IMG/VR virus record: IMGVR_UViG_3300034025_000072
Coordinates: 1-47,247 of that record
Reading direction: 5' to 3' (one strand)
From: a virus
Length of the DNA: 47,247 bases
A program made the position numbers and the translations under genes. Under the pieces are notes generated by a model. The model saw nothing but the letters and a program-made list of their open reading frames with translations, did not search any database and was not told where the DNA came from. Positions 18,045 to 25,593 of this stretch are shown piece by piece (position 1 is the stretch's first letter; every line of letters starts with the position of its first letter).

Positions 18045-18786
18045 GCTCGCCGAAATGCTGGCCAAGCAGAACGCCAAACCAGCGACTCCACCCGCCGAGG
18101 CACCCAAGCCTGCCGGACTCGCATTCCTGAACAAGAAAAAGGAAGAGGGAGCTACAGTATCTACCCCCGAGCCCGAAGGGCGAGGGCCAAGTGTGAATGA
18201 AACGGAGACCATCACGACTCCTAATTCCAACGCCGCTCCCAAAGCTGGACTCGCGTTCCTCAAGCAGCGGTCCGTCGCTGCCCCCGCGCCCCCTCCCCCT
18301 CCGGTTGCGACTCAACCCGACCCTACCCCGGCCGATGCCACGCGCGAGGTTGACCTTGACTCGCTCATGAACGACACCTCCGGCGGCACCGCTGCGAACA
18401 CGCTGGCATCTGGTCGTTCGAGTCGTTTCGCTGACGAGGTTCCGGCGCAGGGTCCGGTGCGCGAGTTGCCCGAGGACCTCGACAAGCAACAGCGCCACTT
18501 CATCGAGTCGCTGGACAGCATCTACCGAATCGTGCATAAGCCTGATCTGCTCGGCAACGTCGTCAAGTCGATCATGATGGAGCTGTCGCGCAGCCCCGAG
18601 TATCGCAAGATGATTCAGCCGATGGACGTGCATACCATGATTAAGGGTATGAGGGATTCGATGGGCATGGCGCGGATCAAGAAGGAAGAGTCCAAAGCCA
18701 AGCGGGCTGGCGGTGCCAAGAAGAAAACCAAAGAGATCGACGGGCTGGACGGCCTGCTCGACTCGCTCGATGCGGACTTCTCGTGA
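18037..18786 (+). CDS. Hypothetical protein with a disordered Pro-rich N-terminal half and an acidic C-terminus (249 aa)
   Basis: ATG at 18037 (gagga upstream) is preferred over 18025. It contains two copies of the GLAFL(N/K)(K/Q)(K/R) motif and ends in DGLLDSLDADFS. Confidence 0.6.
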   Translation: MSKLAEMLAKQNAKPATPPAEAPKPAGLAFLNKKKEEGATVSTPEPEGRGPSVNETETITTPNSNAAPKAGLAFLKQRSVAAPAPPPPPVATQPDPTPADATREVDLDSLMNDTSGGTAANTLASGRSSRFADEVPAQGPVRELPEDLDKQQRHFIESLDSIYRIVHKPDLLGNVVKSIMMELSRSPEYRKMIQPMDVHTMIKGMRDSMGMARIKKEESKAKRAGGAKKKTKEIDGLDGLLDSLDADFS

Positions 18787-19727
18787 TGGAGTACCTCCGA
18801 CTCAGCTACTCAAGCGGCAACACGTTCGAGTCATGCGCCCGCAAGTTCGAGCTGGACAAGCTCTTTCCTCATCGACTCAAACGCGAAGAGGCATACGCAG
18901 CGGACACTGGCTCGGCGCTGCACGCGGGCTATCAGCACTACCTCGCGAATCGCGATAAGGATGCGGCGACGTGGGCTTTCATGGAGGCGTTCCCCTACGA
19001 GTTGGAGTTTCAGCAGGACAACGACTACCGAGACTTCAATGCCTGTCTTGCTACGTTCGACGAAATGCTGGACTCGTTTGCGCTGGGTGACTACGAACTC
19101 GCCCAGATCAAGCGACCCGACGGACTCATCGTGCCCGCGACCGAGGTGCCGTTCGAGATTCGATTCGAGGGCATCGAGCTTCCGCCTTCGCCCAAGTACC
19201 CGAACGGATGCGGAGTCGCGTTCATCGGCTACATCGACGCGATCATGCGGAACCTGATGACCGATCTTTACCGGACGCTGGACATCAAGACTCACCGTGA
19301 CCGCACCATCGACCGCACGGGCAAGTACAAGTTCGACTCGCAGCAGGTGCCTTATGGCATTGTTGTCGATCATATCAGCGGCCAGCCTGTCGAGTCTTTT
19401 GAGGTGCTCTACCTCGATACCTACATCGACATTGTTGACCCACGAGTCAAGCTGTATCCTTTCCTCAAGTCGCGCGAGGATTTGCAGGAATGGCTGCTGA
19501 CTCGGGTGATGCAGTTTCAGCTCATGGAGAAGTATGGGCAGGGAGGATTCTGGCCGAGAACAAGTGGCGGTTGCATGTTCTTCAATCGTCCGTGCCGCTA
19601 TCTTGAGCCTTGCATCACACGCGATTCCAAGACCCTTGAGAATTGGTTCTTAATGGGCGAGCGTGCCGAATCGGAAAAACCCTTCGAGCCTTGGGTTACT
19701 GTCACTGTGAATCCTTTCGGAGGTTGA
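18786..19727 (+). CDS. PD-(D/E)XK nuclease, Cas4/RecB-like exonuclease (313 aa)
   Basis: The catalytic pattern is GYIDAI...TLDIKT. One N-terminal Cys (FESCARK) plus the C-terminal cluster GGCMFFNRPCRYLEPC resemble the Cas4/AddB iron-sulfur arrangement. Confidence 0.7.
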   Translation: MEYLRLSYSSGNTFESCARKFELDKLFPHRLKREEAYAADTGSALHAGYQHYLANRDKDAATWAFMEAFPYELEFQQDNDYRDFNACLATFDEMLDSFALGDYELAQIKRPDGLIVPATEVPFEIRFEGIELPPSPKYPNGCGVAFIGYIDAIMRNLMTDLYRTLDIKTHRDRTIDRTGKYKFDSQQVPYGIVVDHISGQPVESFEVLYLDTYIDIVDPRVKLYPFLKSREDLQEWLLTRVMQFQLMEKYGQGGFWPRTSGGCMFFNRPCRYLEPCITRDSKTLENWFLMGERAESEKPFEPWVTVTVNPFGG

Positions 19728-19728
19728 C

Positions 19729-19812
19729 ATGGACGAGCTGGTCGTAGCGACTCTTCTCGGAATCGTTTGGTGCGTTGCGATCTGCTACATGGTATGTAGG
19801 GAGAAGAAGTAA
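19729..19812 (+). CDS. Micro-ORF encoding a 27-aa membrane peptide (MDELVVATLLGIVWCVAICYMVCREKK)
   Basis: It starts 1 nt after the nuclease stop, and its TAA overlaps the next ATG (TAATG). The product is a single hydrophobic span with a basic tail. Confidence 0.45.
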   Translation: MDELVVATLLGIVWCVAICYMVCREKK

Positions 19813-20033
19813 TGAGACGAGATCATGTGGATTTGTCCAGCACCTTGAATCAAAAGATGTGGGCGGACATGCTTGATCGTGCGGCCGAGGGTTATGCTCG
19901 CGGCATGTTCAACAATGATTATGAGTCGGAGTTCGTCAAGCAGATGATGAAGCACGACGCCGAGGATCGACCCATTTGGAATCCCAGCGTCAAGCAATGG
20001 AATCTGTTGCACACGCTGACTCGGGGAATGTAA
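19812..20033 (+). CDS. Hypothetical protein (73 aa)
   Basis: ATG-initiated ORF, coupled to both neighbours. Confidence 0.5.
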   Translation: MRRDHVDLSSTLNQKMWADMLDRAAEGYARGMFNNDYESEFVKQMMKHDAEDRPIWNPSVKQWNLLHTLTRGM

Positions 20034-20034
20034 G

Positions 20035-20397
20035 ATGAAAGTCAGTTACAATTATCCGCTCTACACGGACCTTACCGTGGAGCATGGCGGGTTTCTGACT
20101 CGTGATCGTAGGACTCACGCTTGCTTTCACTACTACATCATGTGCCAGAAGCTGCTCGAAAAGGCAGGGTCCAGCATCGACGATCAGGTTCGCTACGACT
20201 CGGATGTATGGTGGGACAAGCCCTACGGTAACATTGCCAAGGGAATCGCCATGCAGTACGGGCTGGAGAATCCGGGCGAGTTCCTCAAGCCGGACATCAA
20301 GTACCTCGTCGAGCGGGAGATTCAGCGGCAGGAGTTTCCCGAACCTCACGCCGAATACTGGGGTGACATCAAGCCTCACACGCTGGTCACCGTCTGA
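20035..20397 (+). CDS. Hypothetical protein (120 aa)
   Basis: The ATG lies 1 nt after the upstream stop, and the stop overlaps the next ATG. Confidence 0.55.
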   Translation: MKVSYNYPLYTDLTVEHGGFLTRDRRTHACFHYYIMCQKLLEKAGSSIDDQVRYDSDVWWDKPYGNIAKGIAMQYGLENPGEFLKPDIKYLVEREIQRQEFPEPHAEYWGDIKPHTLVTV

Positions 20398-20642
20398 TGG
20401 TGAGTCGCACGACTCGTGGCCACCCGCGTCCCTACGCTGGGCAACGACTCCCCAAGGGAAAGGTAGCCTACCCCGCAACGCAGGTTAGGTACTTCGGTCC
20501 GAACGCTGACGTGCTACCTCGCTTGAATCCAAAGCCGGGCTTGACATACCGGCTGGAATCTGCTAAGCTCGTCCGTCACGATGGCGTACGAATCGAAGCA
20601 ACCTACCGAATCGAAAGGACTCCCGATGCCCCGAGCAAGTGA
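20397..20642 (+). CDS. Hypothetical basic protein (81 aa)
   Basis: The ATG overlaps the upstream TGA. The downstream gene starts within its last 17 nt. Confidence 0.5.
   Translation: MVSRTTRGHPRPYAGQRLPKGKVAYPATQVRYFGPNADVLPRLNPKPGLTYRLESAKLVRHDGVRIEATYRIERTPDAPSK
20541..20569 (+). promoter_or_regulatory. Candidate internal sigma70-type promoter (TTGACA-17 nt-TAAGCT)
   Basis: TTGACA lies at 20541-20546 and TAAGCT at 20564-20569, about 55 nt upstream of the ATPase gene start. It shares TTGACAT...TAAG with the site at 11054. Confidence 0.3.
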
Positions 20643-21684
20643 AGCGCCCGCAGAGAATCAAGTTGTCAAGCTCCTGCTGATCGGCGACGGCAAGGGCGGC
20701 AAGACCTTCTATGCAGGACTCGCGGCCGAGCAGGGCTTCAACGTCCTCTACCTCGACGGTGACGTGGCCGCTCCCACGATTCAGCAATTGCCCCCCAAGG
20801 CCAAGGAGAACATCTACCTCCTGCCCGTGGGCGATCGTTCGAATCCCACGCTGTCTCATGACTACATCGACTTCATGGTCAAGTTCACCAGCGAGTCGAA
20901 GCTGATCTGGGACGACACCAACATGCGTACCGCCGACCGCAAGACCGATCTCTCCGACTCGGAAGTCTGGACGATCCACCCCGGACGACTCGATCACAAT
21001 TGGATTTTGGTCATCGACTCGTGGACTTCGCTGGTTCAGTCCTGCATGTTGTGGGCGGCGCGCGAGCATGGAGTCGATCTGGCCGATACCAACTCCGCGC
21101 AGATGCGAAACGTCTATTCGTCGTCGGGCATGAAGCTCACGCAAATCCTCGTTATCATCCAGCGAATCAAGTGCAACGTCATTTGCATCGCTCACCCTGA
21201 CGAGTACGTGAAGCAAAAGCGTCCCGAGGGGCAGAAGATGGGAAGCATTGCCGAGAAGGACATGGTGGTCGAGTGGACCAAGATGATTCCCAAGTCGTCG
21301 TCCAAGCCCCACGCCATGACGATGGCCAAGTTCTTCACCGACGTTGCATGGATGACCTCGAATCCTTCTGGCACCGAGCGGCAGCTTGACTTCCGACTCG
21401 ACCCGTCCAAGATTTCTGGCGGTCACTTCAACGAGAAGAAGGCGATCGACGCCTACAGTTTTGCGAATCTGGTGAAAGCGATCGGTGGCTTCGTGCCTGC
21501 TGTTAACGCTCCCATCGATTCGGTCATCGAGATTGCGCCCCGTGGAACGTATGAGGCACCGGCTCCTGCCGCGAAGCTCACGCTCAATGGTGGCGCTAAG
21601 GATTCCACCCCGGCCAAGGTGGAAGTCGCTGCGAGTGGAGGGTCCAAAGGATTCGCTGCTCTCATCGGCAACAAGGCCAAGTAA
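20626..21684 (+). CDS. Sak4/AAA_24-like RecA-fold ATPase (recombination or annealing helper), 352 aa
   Basis: ATG at 20626 with RBS aaagga 7 nt upstream. Walker A is LLLIGDGKGGKT and Walker B is WILVIDSWTSL. The C-terminus is GFAALIGNKAK. Confidence 0.65.
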   Translation: MPRASEAPAENQVVKLLLIGDGKGGKTFYAGLAAEQGFNVLYLDGDVAAPTIQQLPPKAKENIYLLPVGDRSNPTLSHDYIDFMVKFTSESKLIWDDTNMRTADRKTDLSDSEVWTIHPGRLDHNWILVIDSWTSLVQSCMLWAAREHGVDLADTNSAQMRNVYSSSGMKLTQILVIIQRIKCNVICIAHPDEYVKQKRPEGQKMGSIAEKDMVVEWTKMIPKSSSKPHAMTMAKFFTDVAWMTSNPSGTERQLDFRLDPSKISGGHFNEKKAIDAYSFANLVKAIGGFVPAVNAPIDSVIEIAPRGTYEAPAPAAKLTLNGGAKDSTPAKVEVAASGGSKGFAALIGNKAK

Positions 21685-21714
21685 CGTAGCAACAACACAA
21701 CGAAGGAATGATTC

Positions 21715-22170
21715 ATGTCTGACTTTTCGCTCGCCGATCTCGCCGATCTGGACGTTACCGACATTCAGGAGATTCGATTCGAGACGCTCCCGCAGGGCAT
21801 CTTCGATTTCGTGGTGAAGAATCCCAAGCTCGACGAGGGCACGAACAAGGATCAGGAGAAGATTTTCATCTTCACTTGCGACTGCAACGTGGAGGAAGTC
21901 GTGGCGGTTCTCGACTCCAACTCGGACTCGGACAAGCTGGTCGGCAAGACCTACAAGCAGCGCCAGAACATCGACCCGTCGAATCCCGAGGAAGGCATCG
22001 GCCGCATTCGCGCGTTCGGTTCGGACATCGGCATCGACTCGACCGGCAAGCTCGGCGACGTGGTGGCGCGTATGGACGAGACGCGATTCCGCAGCAAGAT
22101 CGTTCACCAGAAGGACCGGGTCGATCCGTCGATCATCTACGCTCGGTTGCGCTTCGACAACAAGAAGTAA
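21715..22170 (+). CDS. DUF669-like protein, putative ssDNA-binding partner of the Sak4-like ATPase (151 aa)
   Basis: RBS gaaggaa. The N-terminal pattern FETLPQGIFDFVVKNPKLDEG...IFIF resembles DUF669 proteins, which commonly follow AAA_24 genes. This is recall-based. Confidence 0.45.
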   Translation: MSDFSLADLADLDVTDIQEIRFETLPQGIFDFVVKNPKLDEGTNKDQEKIFIFTCDCNVEEVVAVLDSNSDSDKLVGKTYKQRQNIDPSNPEEGIGRIRAFGSDIGIDSTGKLGDVVARMDETRFRSKIVHQKDRVDPSIIYARLRFDNKK

Positions 22171-22180
22171 CAGCGAGCTG

Positions 22181-22244
22181 GTGAGGGAGTGCGATTCCCT
22201 CACTTGCCCGGTAGCGAGCCAGCAAAGACTCCCTTCCGGGCAAG
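22181..22244 (+). promoter_or_regulatory. Two adjacent RNA hairpins without a U tract (possible processing or stability element)
   Basis: Hairpin 1 pairs gtgaggga (22181-22188) with tccctcac (22196-22203). Hairpin 2 pairs cttgcccgg (22203-22211) with ccgggcaag (22236-22244). Confidence 0.5.
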
Positions 22245-22268
22245 TGCCCACAACCTAAGGAGAGAATT

Positions 22269-22427
22269 ATGAGCACCACCGAAGGCGCGATTCCCGACGA
22301 GAACGTCACCGAGGTCGAAGGCGGCACGGTCGTCAATGCGGACCAGGATGACTCGACGGACACCGAGACGGAGGAGGTTGTCGAAGCCGAGGATACCGAC
22401 GAGTTGGACGCCGACAGCGCCCAGTAA
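22269..22427 (+). CDS. Hyper-acidic 52-aa protein (MSTTEGAIPDENVTEVEGGTVVNADQDDSTDTETEEVVEAEDTDELDADSAQ)
   Basis: ATG at 22269 with RBS aaggagag 6 nt upstream and TAA at 22425. It has 19 Asp/Glu and no Lys/Arg/His. It is not in the ORF track because it is shorter than 60 aa. Confidence 0.6.
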   Translation: MSTTEGAIPDENVTEVEGGTVVNADQDDSTDTETEEVVEAEDTDELDADSAQ

Positions 22428-22446
22428 CTTTCGATCGCCGGCAATG

Positions 22447-22474
22447 GGTAGGTAGGGTTGATTCCCTACCTACC
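22447..22474 (+). promoter_or_regulatory. Strong 11-bp hairpin downstream of the acidic ORF
   Basis: Stem ggtaggtaggg (22447-22457) pairs with ccctacctacc (22464-22474) across the loop ttgatt. No U tract follows. It lies 20 nt upstream of the next start codon. Confidence 0.6.
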
Positions 22475-22493
22475 TACTCTTGAAGGAAAGTTG

Positions 22494-22697
22494 ATGGCAG
22501 AGGTTAAGCTGCACAATGGAATGGTTGAAGGCGGTGAGCAGCCTCCGATTCCGCTGACGCGCTTCAATGCCACCATCTGGATCGAGACCAGCGCACAGGT
22601 TGAGATGACTCCCGAGCTGGTCATGCAAATCGAGAACGCAATTTGGGGATGCCTCCCCGCCGCCGAGGATGGCGATGTAGGATTCAGTTTGGTATGA
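22494..22697 (+). CDS. Hypothetical protein (67 aa)
   Basis: ATG at 22494 with RBS gaaggaaag. The stop overlaps the polymerase ATG (ATGA). Confidence 0.55.
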   Translation: MAEVKLHNGMVEGGEQPPIPLTRFNATIWIETSAQVEMTPELVMQIENAIWGCLPAAEDGDVGFSLV

Positions 22698-25333
22698 GCA
22701 CCTGCAAGATTCTTTTCTTCACGGACAAGTATAAGGTCAGCGTGGGCTACGAACCTGCGTTTACCAAGATGCTCAACAAGTCGGGAATCCGGCGCGGCGA
22801 TGTAGTCACCGTCGATATCTACGGACTCGTTAAAGACCCGCTTCGTAAGTACGGCAACGAGACGACGTGGAAGTACGACAAGGATAAGGTTGACTCGATC
22901 CAGAATGCCTTTCGCAATCGAGTCAGCATCATCAAGCCGCAGCTCATTGTGGTTGCTGACCCCGCGTGCCTTTGCCTGTTCACTCGCGAGATTCGTATGG
23001 CCACCCTTGACAAGATGAGGGGCGGAGTCTACGAGTACGAGGGAATTCCCGTCGTTATCACCTACCCCATCACTGCGATTCACCAGAAGATCGACACTCG
23101 CATCGTCAAGAACGAGGATGGTGAGGAGGACTCGCAGCAACCCTACCGGGTGCAACAAGGCAATTGGATTCTTGGTCAAGATTGGGCTAAGGTCGGGAGA
23201 TTCTTTCATGGCAAACAACGTAAGCTCCCACCGTTCGTCTACTCGATCTGCCGGACCATTGACGATTGCTTGGCGGCGGAGCGATTCCTCGCTGAATGTA
23301 CGATTATCGCTGCGGATATCGAGACGGGTTGTTATCCGGCGCAAATCACTTGTTCAGGATATACTGGACTCGGACGCGATGGCACCGTCCGTTCGTTTGT
23401 TATACCTTTCTTTGACGAGTATGCGCCGGGTGGTGTATTCTGGGATTCGCCGACGGACCACGAAGCGGCTTACGTTATCATGCGGCGTATCAACGATCTC
23501 CCCGTTCTAAAGACCTTTCAGAACGGAGCGTATGATTGCGCCTACTCGATTCGTGACCGCGCGCCGTACCGTAATTATCTTCTTGACTCGATGTTGATGT
23601 GGTACTCGCTTTATAGTGAGCTTCCCAAGTCGCTGGACTTTATCTCGTCGATTCTTCTGGATAACTTCCAGTATTGGAAAGATGATATCAAAGGTCAGGA
23701 GGACGAAGGAATCAAGGGTGACATGGAAATGTACTGGCGCTACAATGCGCTGGACTGCTACTACACCCTCTTCAACACACTGTACCTCTTGCGACTCATG
23801 CAGTCCAATGAGCAGATGCAGTTCAACTATAATCAGGTTTTGCTTCGCAACTTCTCGGGTATGCAAATGTCCATGCGAGGAGTCAAAGCTGACTTCGCCC
23901 GCCGGGAAGAACACCGTCGTGACCTTGAGGCCGAGCGCGAGGATGCGCTGGACAAGTTTCGGTACATGATCGACGACCCCGAGTTCAACGTCGAGTCGCC
24001 TACCCAGAAGTCGGCCCTGCTGTATGACTTCCTCGGAGTCAGAGAGCGCAACTCTCGCGGCAGGTATGTCACGCCCGGTGCCAAGGGCAAAGCCGCGAGT
24101 CGTTCCTCGGGAGCCTTCGCGCTCAAGCTAGCCAAGACTGACCATCCATTCTTTCGACTCATCATTGAGGCGATGGAAGCGGCAATGGAACCGGGCAAGC
24201 AAATCTCCAACGTCTGCAACATGCCCCTGTTCACGGATCGATTCCGAACCGCCTACAATGCGGCGGGCACGGAGACTGAACGATTCAGTTCCAAGAAGTC
24301 AAACTTTTGGGACGGCGGCAACAGCCAGAATATTCGCAAGAAGTATCGTGACTGGCTGATTCCCGACGAGGGCAACATCTTCCTCGATATCGACTATTCG
24401 CAGAGCGATGACGTGTTCATGGCCTACGAATCTCAAGACCCTGACAAGATCGCGGTCGTCGAGTCGGGTAAGGATGGCCATGCGGTCAATGGTGAATTGT
24501 TCTTCGGCAAGACTTACGACTGGATCGTGAGCGGCAAGAAGGCAGGACTCGACGAGGTGGTTCATCCCATCTTTGGAATCCGACAGCTTGCCAAGAAGGT
24601 CGTTCATGGCACCAACTTCCAGATGGCTGCTATGACTCTTTACGTCACGATGGGTCGCGAGGCGGTTGTTGCTGCCGCGATTCTGCTTGGCTACCTTGAT
24701 GCCGAGACATGGGATCAGGATCGACTCGTGCAGTTGTGCGGCATGTTGATGATGAAGTATCGCAAGAAGTATCGTCGACTCTCTGCCAAGGAGTTCTATG
24801 CGGAGATTGCCAAGCAGCTTCGGGAAACCTCCGTCATCACCAACGCCTTTGGTGTGGCCCGACGATTCCTGTCTGACGCCACCGATGGCGGGACTCAACG
24901 AGAAGCCACGGCCTTCATCGGGCAGAGTGATACCAGCAGCAACATGAATCGCGTGATGTACGAGGTGGATTGGGGCTATATTCCTGAGCGCTTTCGTGAT
25001 GGCCTGAACCCAGACCGCAACGAGACGCCGCTCCGTATGACTCACGAGTCGCACGGCTTTCGCTTTCATCTTCAGGTTCATGACAACTTTCTGAGTCAGC
25101 TCGACCTTCGTCACCCGCGCTGGAAGGAAGCAGCCCATAACTTGTTGCATGTAATGAACCGCCCTGTCATCATTCACGGGAGGGAGGTTCGTATCCGCGC
25201 AGAGGCTGAAGTAGGACTCAAGTGGGGCAAGGGCATGTTGGAGTGGGATGGCCGCGACGTGCATGACCTTGATCGAATCGCAACTTCCCTTATGACCGCC
25301 AACAAACTAAAGGAGATTGCACGTGGCCAATGA
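22694..25333 (+). CDS. Family A DNA polymerase with a 3'-5' exonuclease domain and an N-terminal degenerate UDG-like domain (879 aa)
   Basis: Exo motifs are AADIET, FQNGAYDCAY and YNALDCYY. Pol motifs are FLDIDYSQSDD (A), RQLAKKVVHGTNFQ (B) and LQVHDN (C). The first ~135 aa align by eye to the family 4 uracil-DNA glycosylase fold (ILFFTD...IKPQLIVVADPA...MRGGVYEYEGIPVVITYP) but lack the catalytic GExPG and HP motifs. Confidence 0.85.
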   Translation: MSTCKILFFTDKYKVSVGYEPAFTKMLNKSGIRRGDVVTVDIYGLVKDPLRKYGNETTWKYDKDKVDSIQNAFRNRVSIIKPQLIVVADPACLCLFTREIRMATLDKMRGGVYEYEGIPVVITYPITAIHQKIDTRIVKNEDGEEDSQQPYRVQQGNWILGQDWAKVGRFFHGKQRKLPPFVYSICRTIDDCLAAERFLAECTIIAADIETGCYPAQITCSGYTGLGRDGTVRSFVIPFFDEYAPGGVFWDSPTDHEAAYVIMRRINDLPVLKTFQNGAYDCAYSIRDRAPYRNYLLDSMLMWYSLYSELPKSLDFISSILLDNFQYWKDDIKGQEDEGIKGDMEMYWRYNALDCYYTLFNTLYLLRLMQSNEQMQFNYNQVLLRNFSGMQMSMRGVKADFARREEHRRDLEAEREDALDKFRYMIDDPEFNVESPTQKSALLYDFLGVRERNSRGRYVTPGAKGKAASRSSGAFALKLAKTDHPFFRLIIEAMEAAMEPGKQISNVCNMPLFTDRFRTAYNAAGTETERFSSKKSNFWDGGNSQNIRKKYRDWLIPDEGNIFLDIDYSQSDDVFMAYESQDPDKIAVVESGKDGHAVNGELFFGKTYDWIVSGKKAGLDEVVHPIFGIRQLAKKVVHGTNFQMAAMTLYVTMGREAVVAAAILLGYLDAETWDQDRLVQLCGMLMMKYRKKYRRLSAKEFYAEIAKQLRETSVITNAFGVARRFLSDATDGGTQREATAFIGQSDTSSNMNRVMYEVDWGYIPERFRDGLNPDRNETPLRMTHESHGFRFHLQVHDNFLSQLDLRHPRWKEAAHNLLHVMNRPVIIHGREVRIRAEAEVGLKWGKGMLEWDGRDVHDLDRIATSLMTANKLKEIARGQ

Positions 25334-25538
25334 ATCCAGCATCGGCATTCAGCCGCTCGCCGACTACACCGGCGGCACGGGTGCCCAGAAGATCGACAAG
25401 CTGCTCGCGCTGTTGCCCAATCCTGACTCGAAGTCGTCCTCGGGTGCCATCGCGGGCGGCGGCTTTCTGGACGAGATCAGCCCGGCTGCGGTCGCGCAGA
25501 TTCGTGTCGAGCTGACTGCCATGAAGGCCAGCTTCTGA
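25323..25538 (+). CDS. Hypothetical protein (71 aa)
   Basis: GTG at 25323 lies 7 nt after aaggag. The gene overlaps the polymerase end and is followed by a terminator hairpin. Confidence 0.5.
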   Translation: MANESSIGIQPLADYTGGTGAQKIDKLLALLPNPDSKSSSGAIAGGGFLDEISPAAVAQIRVELTAMKASF

Positions 25539-25545
25539 TTCATCG

Positions 25546-25578
25546 GGGGTGAGTCGTCATTGGCTCACCCCTACTTTT
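25546..25578 (+). terminator. Rho-independent terminator or attenuator
   Basis: Stem ggggtgag (25546-25553) pairs with ctcacccc (25564-25571) across a 10-nt loop, followed by tactttt. It makes the ORF-track start at 25549 for the next gene unlikely. Confidence 0.5.
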
Positions 25579-25593
25579 GCTAGGAATCGCGTA

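Noticed and set aside
6441-22466. The recurrent 8-mer TTGATTCC (near 197, 6441, 6570, 6617, 9636, 11033 and 22458) as a separate regulatory motif.
   Set aside because: About seven copies is roughly what a five-fold GATTC excess alone would give. The sites fall in both coding and non-coding contexts with no consistent downstream -10 element.
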